Assembly (NCBI RefSeq): GCF_900105015.1
Contig: NZ_FNLK01000010.1
Coordinates: forward strand, 150,001 to 182,000
Direction of reading: 5' to 3'
From: Schaalia meyeri
GTDB taxonomy: Bacteria > Actinomycetota > Actinomycetes > Actinomycetales > Actinomycetaceae
DNA: 32,000 nucleotides
This document shows, one piece after another, positions 22,809 to 31,406 of this stretch; position 1 is the first letter of the stretch, and each line of letters opens with the position of its first letter. A model generated the notes under the pieces. That model ran no database searches, was not told where the DNA came from, and was given only the letters and a program-made list of their open reading frames with translations. Position numbers and translations under genes: made by a program.

Positions 22809-24542
22809 ATGTTCTTTTCTCACGACGCGCTGAACCCAACAGGAAACGGCCTCGATGCCGACCACTGGTGGAAGGGCGCGGTCGTCTACCAGATCTATCC
22901 GCGCTCCTTCAAGGACTCCAACGGAGACGGGTACGGCGACCTTGAGGGCATCCGATCCAAGCTGGACTACCTGAAGGGCCTGGGCGTCGACGTCCTGTGG
23001 CTCTCGCCCATCTATGCCTCGCCGCAGGCCGACAACGGGTACGACATCTCCGACTACTACGGCATCGACCCCATGTTCGGCACCCTCGAAGACTTCGACC
23101 GCCTCCTGACAGACGTGCACGCCCACGGCATGCGCCTGGTCATGGACCTGGTCGTCAACCACTCCTCCGATGAGAACCCGTGGTTCATCGAGTCCCGTTC
23201 CTCGCGCCAGAACCCCAAGCGCGACTGGTACTTCTGGCGCGACCCCAGGCCGGGCTTCGCGGGCGGGCAGCAGGGCGGCGAGCCGAACAACTGGGAGTCC
23301 TTTTTCTCGGGTTCCGCATGGCAGTGGGATGAGGCCACCGGGCAGTACTACCTGCACCTGTTCCACAAGAAACAACCCGACCTGAACTGGGACAACCCCG
23401 AGGTGCGTGCCGCCGTCTACGAGATGATGAACTGGTGGCTGGATCGAGGCGTCGACGGTTTCCGCATGGACGTCATCAACCTCATCTCCAAAAACCCCGG
23501 TCTGCCCGATGGTGAAAAGTACCCCGGGCGAGCCTGGGGCGAAGGATTCCCCCTTTTCTCCGAGGGCCCCCACCTGCACGAGTACCTGGCGGAAATGCGC
23601 CGCGAGGTCTTTGACGGGCGCGACGCCCCCATGACCGTCGGGGAAACACCCGGCGTGCGCCGCGACAACGTTCTGCTCTTCACAGACCCGGCGCGTCACG
23701 AGCTGGACATGGTTTTCCAATTCGCCCACGTCGATCTGGGGTTGGAAAACGGGAAGTTCCGCCCCAGAGCGCTGCGCCCGGGCGAACTGGCCGACTGCTT
23801 GACCGACTGGCAGAACGCCCAGGGCCAGGTCGGCTGGAACAGCCTCTACCTGGATAACCACGACCAGCCTCGAGCGGTCAGCCGCTTCGGGGACGAGGTC
23901 CACCGATACGCCTCCGCCACCGCCCTGGCCACCGCGCTCCACATGCTGCGCGGCACCCCCTACGTCTACCAGGGCGAGGAGCTGGGGATGACCAACGGGA
24001 CGTTTGAAGGAATCGACGACTTCCGGGACGTCGAAGCCCTGCGATACTACCGCGAGGCTACGCAAGCCGGCGAAAGCCCCGAGTCGGTCCTCAACGGCAT
24101 GCGCCTCATGGGGCGCGACAATGCTCGCACCCCCGTCCAGTGGGACGATGGCCCCCACGCCGGCTTCACCACTGGCACCCCGTGGATCGACGTCACCTCC
24201 AACTACACGGAAATCAACGCCGCCTCGCAGGTCGGCGACCCGAACTCGGTGTACGCCTACTACAGGGCGCTCGCGCAGATCCGCCACGGCCTGCCCGTCA
24301 TCGCCAGCGGCGACTTCGAGCGCATCGCAACCCCCACGCCCGCGGTCTTCGCATATCGCCGCACCATGGGCGATGCAGTGGCAACGATCCTGGTCAACCT
24401 TTCCGATGCCCCCGCCCCCCTCGGCGAGGCTGCCGCTCGGGTCCCCGGGACGCTGCTCCTGTCCAACCGAGACCTGCCCGAGGAGAACCGGGATGTCCCG
24501 GCGGTCCTGGGCGAATGGGAGGCCAGGGTCTACATCGCCTAG
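22809..24542 (+). CDS. GH13 alpha-glucosidase / oligo-1,6-glucosidase family enzyme
   Basis: The N-terminus is WWKGAVVYQIYPRSFKDSNGDGYGDLEGI. The GH13 conserved regions are present: DLVVNHSSDENPWF, GVDGFRMDVINLI, MTVGETPG and YLDNHDQPRAVSRF. The start is placed at ATG 22809. The upstream part of the track ORF is Arg/Pro-rich. Confidence 0.85.
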   Translation: MFFSHDALNPTGNGLDADHWWKGAVVYQIYPRSFKDSNGDGYGDLEGIRSKLDYLKGLGVDVLWLSPIYASPQADNGYDISDYYGIDPMFGTLEDFDRLLTDVHAHGMRLVMDLVVNHSSDENPWFIESRSSRQNPKRDWYFWRDPRPGFAGGQQGGEPNNWESFFSGSAWQWDEATGQYYLHLFHKKQPDLNWDNPEVRAAVYEMMNWWLDRGVDGFRMDVINLISKNPGLPDGEKYPGRAWGEGFPLFSEGPHLHEYLAEMRREVFDGRDAPMTVGETPGVRRDNVLLFTDPARHELDMVFQFAHVDLGLENGKFRPRALRPGELADCLTDWQNAQGQVGWNSLYLDNHDQPRAVSRFGDEVHRYASATALATALHMLRGTPYVYQGEELGMTNGTFEGIDDFRDVEALRYYREATQAGESPESVLNGMRLMGRDNARTPVQWDDGPHAGFTTGTPWIDVTSNYTEINAASQVGDPNSVYAYYRALAQIRHGLPVIASGDFERIATPTPAVFAYRRTMGDAVATILVNLSDAPAPLGEAAARVPGTLLLSNRDLPEENRDVPAVLGEWEARVYIA

Positions 24543-24624
24543 TTTCGCGAGGGCCCCAGGCGTCGCCCCGGAGGGCTGTGCCTGGGGCTGCGCGAGCCAG
24601 AAACGGGGCGGGCTCGGGCGGCGG

Positions 24625-25605
24625 TTAGTAGTAGTAGGGGTAGTCTTCCCAGCGAGGGGCGCGGCGCTCAAGGAAGGCGTCGCGCCCCTCTTGCGCCTCG
24701 GCCGTCATGTAGGCCATCCGGGTCGCTTCGCCCGCGAAAACCTGCTGTCCGGCCAGCCCGTCGTCGGCCAGGTTGAACGCGAACTTCAGCATACGGATCG
24801 CCTGCGGGGACTTCGTCGCCACCGTCGCAGCCCACTCCAGCGCCGTCTCTTCGAGCTTGGCGTGGGGGACGGCCCGGTTGATGACCCCCCAGCTCTCCGC
24901 CGTGGCGGCGTCGTAGCGCTGCGCGAGGAAGAAGATTTCGCGCGCCCTCTTGTCCCCGGCCTGGCGGGCCAGGAGCGCCGAGCCGTAGCCTGCGTCGAAG
25001 GAACCAACGTTCGCGTCGGTCTGCATGAATGCGGCGTGCTCGGCAGAGGCCACCGACAGGTCCGCGACGACGTTGAGTGAGTGCCCACCCCCGGCCGCCC
25101 ACCCGGGAACCGCCGCGATGACGACCTTCGGCATGGTTCGGATCAGGCGCTGGACCTCCAGAATGTGCAGGCGTCCGGCGCGCGCCGGATCGATCTGTTC
25201 GCGGCGCTGGAAAAGCGGGGCCTGGGGGTCAGCGTCCTTAACCTCGTAGCGGTAGCCGTCGCGGCCCCGCACGCGCTGATCGCCGCCCGAGCAAAAGGAG
25301 TATCCACCGTCGCGCGCGGAGGGGCCGTTGCCCGTGAGGATGACCGCGGCGACACGTGAGGTTTGCCGGGCGTGGTCGAGCGCCCGGTACAGCTCATCGA
25401 CCGTGCCCGGGCGGAAAGCGTTGCGGATGTCGGGGCGGTCAAAGGCGACGCGCACCACCGGCATGTCGGCCCCCTGCGCGCGACCATCGAGCTCGGGGCC
25501 GCGGGAGATGCCGCGGTGATAGGTGATATCGGTGAAGTCAAAGCCTGCGACCTCGCGCCAGCGGGTCGGGTCGAAAGTGTCGGAGACAAAGGGCAGAGCG
25601 CTCAT
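24625..25605 (-). CDS. menB: 1,4-dihydroxy-2-naphthoyl-CoA synthase (crotonase fold)
   Basis: FCSGGDQRVRGRDGYRYE, AAVPGWAAGGGHSL and the C-terminal RDAFLERRAPRWEDYPYYY closely match actinobacterial MenB. The start is placed at ATG 25605 (MSALPFVSD...). Confidence 0.9.
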   Translation of the reverse strand: MSALPFVSDTFDPTRWREVAGFDFTDITYHRGISRGPELDGRAQGADMPVVRVAFDRPDIRNAFRPGTVDELYRALDHARQTSRVAAVILTGNGPSARDGGYSFCSGGDQRVRGRDGYRYEVKDADPQAPLFQRREQIDPARAGRLHILEVQRLIRTMPKVVIAAVPGWAAGGGHSLNVVADLSVASAEHAAFMQTDANVGSFDAGYGSALLARQAGDKRAREIFFLAQRYDAATAESWGVINRAVPHAKLEETALEWAATVATKSPQAIRMLKFAFNLADDGLAGQQVFAGEATRMAYMTAEAQEGRDAFLERRAPRWEDYPYYY

Positions 25606-25919
25606 GGGTGGGATTCTAGTCGACGCGCTCGCCGCGGGCTTCGGGGTGCGCGCGCCCGAGGGGGAAACAACGGGGAGCGACGCGAGCCGTCTGGAAAGGG
25701 GCGGTGAACTGCGTGCCCACCTGCGTAGATAGACGGCCGCAGGCGGATGTAGGCGGGCGCGGCGCGCGAAAGGCTGCAATTTTCCAAGTGTTCAAGAGGG
25801 GCTGAAAGTCGATCATCCGCCGACAAACAGCGTAAAATACCCTGCAAGCGTCCGTGTCAGGGACCTGTCGCCAGGCTGAGCGCGCGCAACACTGTTACCG
25901 GTAAGTAAGGAGGGGTCTC

Positions 25920-26978
25920 ATGAACGTAGCGCTGCAACCGACGCTCCTGCGCATCCCCATGCGCACCCTGAGCCGCCAAACCCGATACGCCCTGGAGGGC
26001 GTCACCGACCTGCTGGTTTACAAGATCGCGATGACCACTCGTTTTCGGGGGGTAACGCGCCGCGAGGGTCTGCTCCTGCGCGGGCAGGCCGGTTGGGCAG
26101 AGGCCGCGCCCTTCTGGAACTACGACGATGCGGAGTCGGCGCGCTGGCTGGCGGCTGCGCTCGAATCGGCGCGCCGTTTTCCACCGATTCCCCGACGAAA
26201 ATTCGTTCCCGTCAACGTCACGATCCCCGTGGTTTCCCCGGAGGACGCCTACGAGCGGGTCACGTCATCCGGCGGCTGCGCGACAGCGAAGATCAAAGTC
26301 GCCGAACCCGGCGTGAGTATCGAACGCGACTGCGCGCGCATCGGCGCCGTGGCCGACGCGCTGCGCCAGAGGGTCGGTGAGCAGGCCGCGATCCGCCTGG
26401 ATGCCAACGGAGCCTGGGGGGTGGACCAGGCCTGCGACGCGATCCCCGCGATGACCGAGGCCGCAGGCGCGGTCCCCATCGAATACGTCGAACAACCCTG
26501 CCTGACGGTCGACGAGCTGGCCCAGGTCCGCCGCCGCGTTGACGTGCCCATCGCCGCGGACGAATCCATCCGCCGCGCGCAGGATCCGATGGAGGTGGCC
26601 CGCAAGGAGGCCGCCGACGTCGTCATCATCAAGGTCGCTCCCCTCGGCGGGGTGCGGGCGGCCCTGCGGGTCGCCCGCAAGAGCGGCCTGGGCGTCGTGG
26701 TGTCCTCCGCGCTGGAAACGTCCGTGGGCCTGTCCGTCGGCGTGGCCGCCGCGGCCGCCGTGCCCGGCGTGTCCCGGGCGGCGGGCCTGGCCACGGCCTC
26801 GCTGCTGGTGGGGGACGTGACTGAGCCGCTGGTTCCCGAGCGCGGGCGCCTGCCCGTGGTGCGTCGCGAACCCGACCACGAGCTGATAGACCGCACCCCC
26901 GTCGATGGCGACCTGCTTTCGCGGTGGGGCATGCGTCTGGAAGGCATGGCCGAGCACCTGGGGGCAGGGGCCCGGTAG
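25920..26978 (+). CDS. menC: o-Succinylbenzoate synthase (enolase superfamily)
   Basis: An AAGGAGG Shine-Dalgarno lies 7 nt upstream of ATG 25920. Motifs include TRFRGVTRREGLLLRG...GWAEAAPF, KIKV, IRLDANGAW, IEYVEQP and ADES (metal and acid-base residues). The gene sits in men context. Confidence 0.8.
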   Translation: MNVALQPTLLRIPMRTLSRQTRYALEGVTDLLVYKIAMTTRFRGVTRREGLLLRGQAGWAEAAPFWNYDDAESARWLAAALESARRFPPIPRRKFVPVNVTIPVVSPEDAYERVTSSGGCATAKIKVAEPGVSIERDCARIGAVADALRQRVGEQAAIRLDANGAWGVDQACDAIPAMTEAAGAVPIEYVEQPCLTVDELAQVRRRVDVPIAADESIRRAQDPMEVARKEAADVVIIKVAPLGGVRAALRVARKSGLGVVVSSALETSVGLSVGVAAAAAVPGVSRAAGLATASLLVGDVTEPLVPERGRLPVVRREPDHELIDRTPVDGDLLSRWGMRLEGMAEHLGAGAR

Positions 26979-26987
26979 GCTGGGCGC

Positions 26988-28640
26988 ATGCCCTCCGTCG
27001 ATACCGCCAGCGCCATCTTGCACACCCTGGACGCCCTGGGTGTCACGCACGTCCTGTACTGCCCCGGGTCACGCAGCGCCCCCTTCGCCTACGCCCTGGA
27101 ATCCGGGGCCTTTCGCGGGGATGCGCGCGCCGTCCTGGACGAACGCGGCGCAGGCTTCCTCGCCGTCGGCCTGGCGCGCACCGGAGCGCTGCCCGCCGTC
27201 ATCGTCACCTCGGGCACTGCCGTCGCCGAGCTGGCCCCCGCCATCCTCGAGGCATCCCACGCGCGCCTGCCCCTCCTGGCCCTCACCGCTGACCGCCCCG
27301 GCGAACTGCGCGGCGTCGGCGCATCCCAGGCGACCGACCAGGCGCGTCTCTTCGACACCCACGCGCGGGCGTGCGTGGAACTGGAGCCGCAGGAGGCCTC
27401 GCCTGCGCTGATCGGACGCCTGACGCGAGCCGTTGCCGCCGCGTGCGGAGCTCCCGCGGGCGCCCCCGGTCCCGTGCAGATTAACGTCGCGTTCCGCGAC
27501 CCCCTGACGCCCGCCCCCGCCCAATCCCCCCGGGGTGCGGGGGCCGAGTCCTCCTGCGTGCCGCGGCCGTCGCGCGTCATCCCCTCCTCACCCGCCCCCG
27601 CCCGCTGGGAGGAAACGGTCGGCGAGGGGGTTGCGGGGCTCATCGTCGCAGGCGAGGGCGCATCTCCGCACGCCCGTTTGTGGTCCCTGGCCTCGGGGTT
27701 CCCGCTGCTGTCCGAACCGGCGTCGGGCGCGTGGCAGGGCGGCGGCGTGACTCCCTACGAACAATCCATCGTGTCCGGGGAGATCGGGCGAGAGGTGGAC
27801 ACGGTCGTAGTCGCGGGCCGCCCCACGCTGTCGCGCCCCATCCAGGCACTGCTCGCGAGGCCGGACGTGCGCGTCATCGTGGTTGACCCGCACGCGCCCT
27901 GGGTGGACATTTCAGGAAACGCCTCCACCGTGGTCGCGGAGCTTGCCGCCGCGACGCGACCCGTCAGCGAAGACACCGCCGCGTGGGCGGCGCGCGTGGG
28001 CCAGGCCGCCGATGCCGCCGGGCAAAAGATCGACGCCCTGCTGACCGCCGGCTCGGGGCGAACCATGCTCGACTTGGCGCGCGCCGTCGCCCGATCCACC
28101 ACCGGCCCCCTGGTGCTCGGGGCATCCAACCCCGTGCGCGCCTTCGACCTGGGAGTCGCTTCCCTGGACGGACGCACGATTCACTCCAACCGGGGCCAGG
28201 CCGGCATCGACGGAACCGTCGCCACGGCCGTCGGCGTCGCCCTCGGCTCTGGCGCCTCTCCCCGGGGAAGCCTCGGCCGCGTCACCGCCGTCATGGGCGA
28301 CCTGACCCTGTGCCACGACGCCTCCTCGCTGGCCCTGGCCGCCAGCGCGCGCGCGGACCTCGACATCGTCGTCGCCGACGACGGGGGCGGGGGAATCTTT
28401 GCGACCCTGGAACACGGTCGCGCCGCGGACCCGGCGGCCTACGACCGCTGGTTTGGCGTCGCCCAGAACGTCGACTACGCCGCGCTGGCGGCCGCCTACG
28501 GCATTGACTTCGCGGCCGCCAGTGACCCGCAGGAGCTGGGCTGCATTCTGTTAGCTCCCGCGCCCGGCCCCCGCCTGATACATGCCCCCGTCGAGCGCGC
28601 CGCGCACCTGTACGCGGCCATCCGGGACGTCCTGCGCTGA
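26988..28640 (+). CDS. menD: 2-succinyl-5-enolpyruvyl-6-hydroxy-3-cyclohexene-1-carboxylate (SEPHCHC) synthase, ThDP-dependent
   Basis: The N-terminus LDALGVTHVLYCPGSRSAPFAYAL and TSGTAVAELAPAILEASHARLPLLALTADRP fit MenD. The C-terminal ThDP-binding region is GDLTLCHD...DDGGGGIF. It lies directly after menC. Confidence 0.85.
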   Translation: MPSVDTASAILHTLDALGVTHVLYCPGSRSAPFAYALESGAFRGDARAVLDERGAGFLAVGLARTGALPAVIVTSGTAVAELAPAILEASHARLPLLALTADRPGELRGVGASQATDQARLFDTHARACVELEPQEASPALIGRLTRAVAAACGAPAGAPGPVQINVAFRDPLTPAPAQSPRGAGAESSCVPRPSRVIPSSPAPARWEETVGEGVAGLIVAGEGASPHARLWSLASGFPLLSEPASGAWQGGGVTPYEQSIVSGEIGREVDTVVVAGRPTLSRPIQALLARPDVRVIVVDPHAPWVDISGNASTVVAELAAATRPVSEDTAAWAARVGQAADAAGQKIDALLTAGSGRTMLDLARAVARSTTGPLVLGASNPVRAFDLGVASLDGRTIHSNRGQAGIDGTVATAVGVALGSGASPRGSLGRVTAVMGDLTLCHDASSLALAASARADLDIVVADDGGGGIFATLEHGRAADPAAYDRWFGVAQNVDYAALAAAYGIDFAAASDPQELGCILLAPAPGPRLIHAPVERAAHLYAAIRDVLR

Positions 28641-28766
28641 GGCTGGCAGCGCCACATAATCGGGGCCGTCAGGGTTTTCAGGATACTCACAGGGCGTTTC
28701 CAGTGCCCCTTTGAGGAGTATGCCCATACTGGTTCCTAACTTGAGAACTGACACCACGAGGGAACC

Positions 28767-30257
28767 ATGACCAATCCTCAGCTTCCAACCCCCGACGCCG
28801 ATTCGTCGCGTCCGTACAACCCCGGCGGGGTCCCGCGCTACGCGCAGCGGCCCGCGCCCCCCGACCCGTTAGCGGCGACGCAGGAAATACACGCGGTGCC
28901 CGGCAGCCAGCCGGATGTCACGCGCGAGATGCCCGCTGCCACCACTATCCCCGCGCCCGTCTCACCCCCCGCCCCCGCGGATCCGTTCGCCCCGGGTACA
29001 GGCACGGAAGGCGGCGCCTGGAACGCGCCCACCGGCGATCCCTACACGGAGTACGAGGCACCGGCCTCGCCGGAAAACCCAACGGCCCCGGCCCTGCCAG
29101 AGAATCCAGCGGCCCCGGCCGTCGTCGTCACCAAGAAGGGACCCGGCTGGGTCGCCCTGGTCGGCGCGATGGTCCTGACGATCGTCATGACGCTGGGTGC
29201 CGTGTTCCTCGCGCGCCCGGCGCTGCTGCGCGCCTCCACGCCGAGCAACATGAACGGCGGCACCGTCAGCGCCCTTCCCGCTTCCAACAGCGACGGCACC
29301 GACTGGACGGCCGTCGCATCGGCGGTTTCCCCGGCCGTCGTCACCATCCAGACGCAGGGCGCGACCTCCTCGGGCGGCACCGGCTCCGGCGTCATCTACG
29401 ACTCCCAGGGCGACATTGTCACGAACTACCACGTGATCTCCTCCGTCCTGAACGGAGGCAAGATCCAGGTAACCCTGGCTGACGGGCGCCTCTATACCGC
29501 GCACATTGTCGGCCACGACAAGACCACGGACCTGGCCGTCATCCGCCTGGATAACCCGCCCTCGAACCTGACGGTCGCGCGCTTCGCGAGCTCCTCCACC
29601 CTGAAGGTCGGCGCCCCCGTCATGGCCATCGGCGCCCCCCTGGGCCTGTCGAACACGGTGACGACCGGCATCGTTTCGGCCCTCAACCGCCCCGTTGAGG
29701 TGTCCATGGAAGACTCGAAGGGCCCCCAGGACCCGACCCAGGCGTCATCGGACCTCGTGGTCACGAACGCCATCCAGATTGACGCCTCGATCAACCCCGG
29801 TAACTCGGGCGGCCCGCTCTTCGACGCGACCGGCGCAGTGGTCGGCATCAACTCGTCGATCAAGTCGCTGTCGTCCTCCGGCGATGGGCAGGCCGGGTCG
29901 ATCGGCCTGGGCTTCGCCATCCCCTCCGACCTGGCGGCCTCCGTCGCCGACCAGCTGATCGCCTCCGGACACGCCTCCCACGGCATGCTCGGCGTGACGG
30001 TGAGGGCCGCGACCACCACGGTCGGCTCCGACACCTACGTCGGTGCCCAGATCCAGGACGTCACCCCCGGGTCCGGCGCCGCCAGCGCGGGCCTGCGCTC
30101 CGGCGACGTCATCACCAAGGTCGAAGGCCAGGAGGTCACCAGCCCCAAGCAGCTCATCGGCTACGTGCGACGTTACCGCGCGGGGGACACGATCACTATG
30201 ACGGTCGCTCGCGACGGCGCCACCTTCGACGTGTCGGTGACGATCCAGGGAACCTGA
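28767..30257 (+). CDS. HtrA-like S1C trypsin-family serine protease with a C-terminal PDZ domain and an N-terminal Pro-rich region plus TM anchor
   Basis: The TM segment is WVALVGAMVLTIVMTLGAVFL. Triad contexts are IVTNYHVI (His), DLAVIRL (Asp) and NPGNSGGPLFD (Ser). The PDZ-like segment is GLRSGDVITKVEGQEVTS. Confidence 0.85.
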   Translation: MTNPQLPTPDADSSRPYNPGGVPRYAQRPAPPDPLAATQEIHAVPGSQPDVTREMPAATTIPAPVSPPAPADPFAPGTGTEGGAWNAPTGDPYTEYEAPASPENPTAPALPENPAAPAVVVTKKGPGWVALVGAMVLTIVMTLGAVFLARPALLRASTPSNMNGGTVSALPASNSDGTDWTAVASAVSPAVVTIQTQGATSSGGTGSGVIYDSQGDIVTNYHVISSVLNGGKIQVTLADGRLYTAHIVGHDKTTDLAVIRLDNPPSNLTVARFASSSTLKVGAPVMAIGAPLGLSNTVTTGIVSALNRPVEVSMEDSKGPQDPTQASSDLVVTNAIQIDASINPGNSGGPLFDATGAVVGINSSIKSLSSSGDGQAGSIGLGFAIPSDLAASVADQLIASGHASHGMLGVTVRAATTTVGSDTYVGAQIQDVTPGSGAASAGLRSGDVITKVEGQEVTSPKQLIGYVRRYRAGDTITMTVARDGATFDVSVTIQGT

Positions 30258-30277
30258 GCGGCCGCGCGCCGCACCGC

Positions 30278-30306
30278 AGGCCCGCCGCCCCTTGGGCGGC
30301 GGGCCT
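30278..30306 (+). terminator. Intrinsic terminator hairpin after the HtrA-like gene
   Basis: A perfect 12-bp stem, aggcccgccgcc (30278-30289) paired with ggcggcgggcct (30295-30306), with loop ccttg. It starts 21 nt after the stop. Confidence 0.65.
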
Positions 30307-30823
30307 CGTCACTCCGGATTGGTTTCGTTGCGGTCGGTGTTCCGCCGCTTCCTTCAAGCGGCGGGTTTCGTCACGCAGGGAGGGGAAAGCGTGCACGCGC
30401 ATGGCTGAACGGGCGCGGGGCGTAGAGCGCGAGCCGTGAGACGACGGCGGTAGCAACGCTCCGTCGAGAGTTTGGCGTCTGACCGTGGCCCGGCTCACCT
30501 GCGGGCACACGATATCCTCTCCCCGGTCCTCTTCGCGTCCTTCGCGTTCCGCGCCCCCGCCCGCTCTGTGGCCTTCGTTCCGGCGCTCACCATCATCGAC
30601 CAGGCCGGGGCGCGCTGGGCGATCACGGCGGGCATCGACCGCGCCCCGGACCCGCTGGAGGCGCTCAACGCGGCTCTGTTCGCGTGGCGGTGGCCATGCT
30701 GCGGGAGCGTGGATGGGGTGGATGCCCCTGACCCCACACTCTGCACACTTCCCGCGATGATCCGGGGCGCGTGGAAGGGCTGTTGCATGGCGGCTACCCA
30801 GTCCCTTCGTGCCCGTTGTCGGG

Positions 30824-31025
30824 GGTTTCGGGCGCGGTTGTTACAAACGTCGTCCATCCGGGTTCGATTTTCGGCGGTTTCCGGCTCGGTTGTTACAAAC
30901 GTCGTCCATCCGGTACCCGAAAGGGCAGGAAACGGCTGTTCGAGCGTGCGTTTGGACGACGTTTGTAACGGTGGGCGGGATCGGGCCGCGGGCGTACCGG
31001 CGTTTGGACGACGTTTGTAACGGTG
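30824..31025. repeat. Two direct plus two inverted copies of a 17-bp core (GTTACAAACGTCGTCCA), each pair spaced exactly 52 bp
   Basis: Identical 27-mers cggttgttacaaacgtcgtccatccgg occur at 30835-30861 and 30887-30913, and their flanks ggtttc(g/c)ggc(g/t) are also similar. Identical 26-mers gcgtttggacgacgtttgtaacggtg occur at 30948-30973 and 31000-31025, and these contain the reverse complement of the core. Confidence 0.9.
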
Positions 31026-31406
31026 AGTGCGATCGCGCAGCGTGAGTGCCCGCGTTGTGACCACCTTCGTAACCGTTAGGCCTGTGGAACGTAACCTCAA
31101 CGCGCTGCAAGCAACGCCGTGCGTTGCGTGATGATCGACCTGGAGCGTGGCCCCGTCCGCTGGTGGGCGTTGCGCGCCGGTGAGGGGCGCCGGGGGAAAC
31201 GGGTGCTTCGGGCGCCGTCTGTCTCCGCGCGGGTCGATGCCATCGTTCGTGGGATTCGGGTGGCGTCGGATGCTCGTGCGGCGGTGGTGGCTTGGGGGGA
31301 ATTGCAACCACAGGGCTACTTTGTCGGCGTGTCGCCGGCGTGTCGGAGTCCTATGGTCGCAAAAGCCCCGGCCGCGGCTGCCCGCGATGACGAGCATCGC
31401 GGGGTC

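Noticed and set aside
22368-24671. A 767-aa ORF on the minus strand, the longest ORF in the window
   Set aside because: It lies entirely antisense to the GH13 alpha-glucosidase, whose plus-strand translation carries all the canonical GH13 motifs. The minus-strand product is Gly/Val/Asp/Arg-rich with no recognisable motif. This is a typical shadow ORF of a high-GC gene.
30855-30880. The T-loop-like string gggttcgattt suggested a tRNA
   Set aside because: The flanking sequence does not form a T-stem or acceptor stem. The string is part of the 52-bp repeat unit.
30824-31025. Considered a small CRISPR array because of regularly spaced repeats
   Set aside because: There are only two copies per orientation, and the two pairs are mutually inverted. 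The spacers share sequence with each other (the flanks are part of the repeat). No cas genes are present.
30495-31397. A 300-aa minus-strand ORF and a 182-aa plus-strand ORF (30472-31020) in the htrA-menF gap
   Set aside because: The minus ORF is extremely Arg/Pro-rich with no motif. Both ORFs read straight through the 52-bp repeat arrays, giving repeated VVTNVVHP and RLDDVCNG peptides. Only the 30505-30700 part of the plus ORF looks coding-like, and that is reported separately as a possible remnant.
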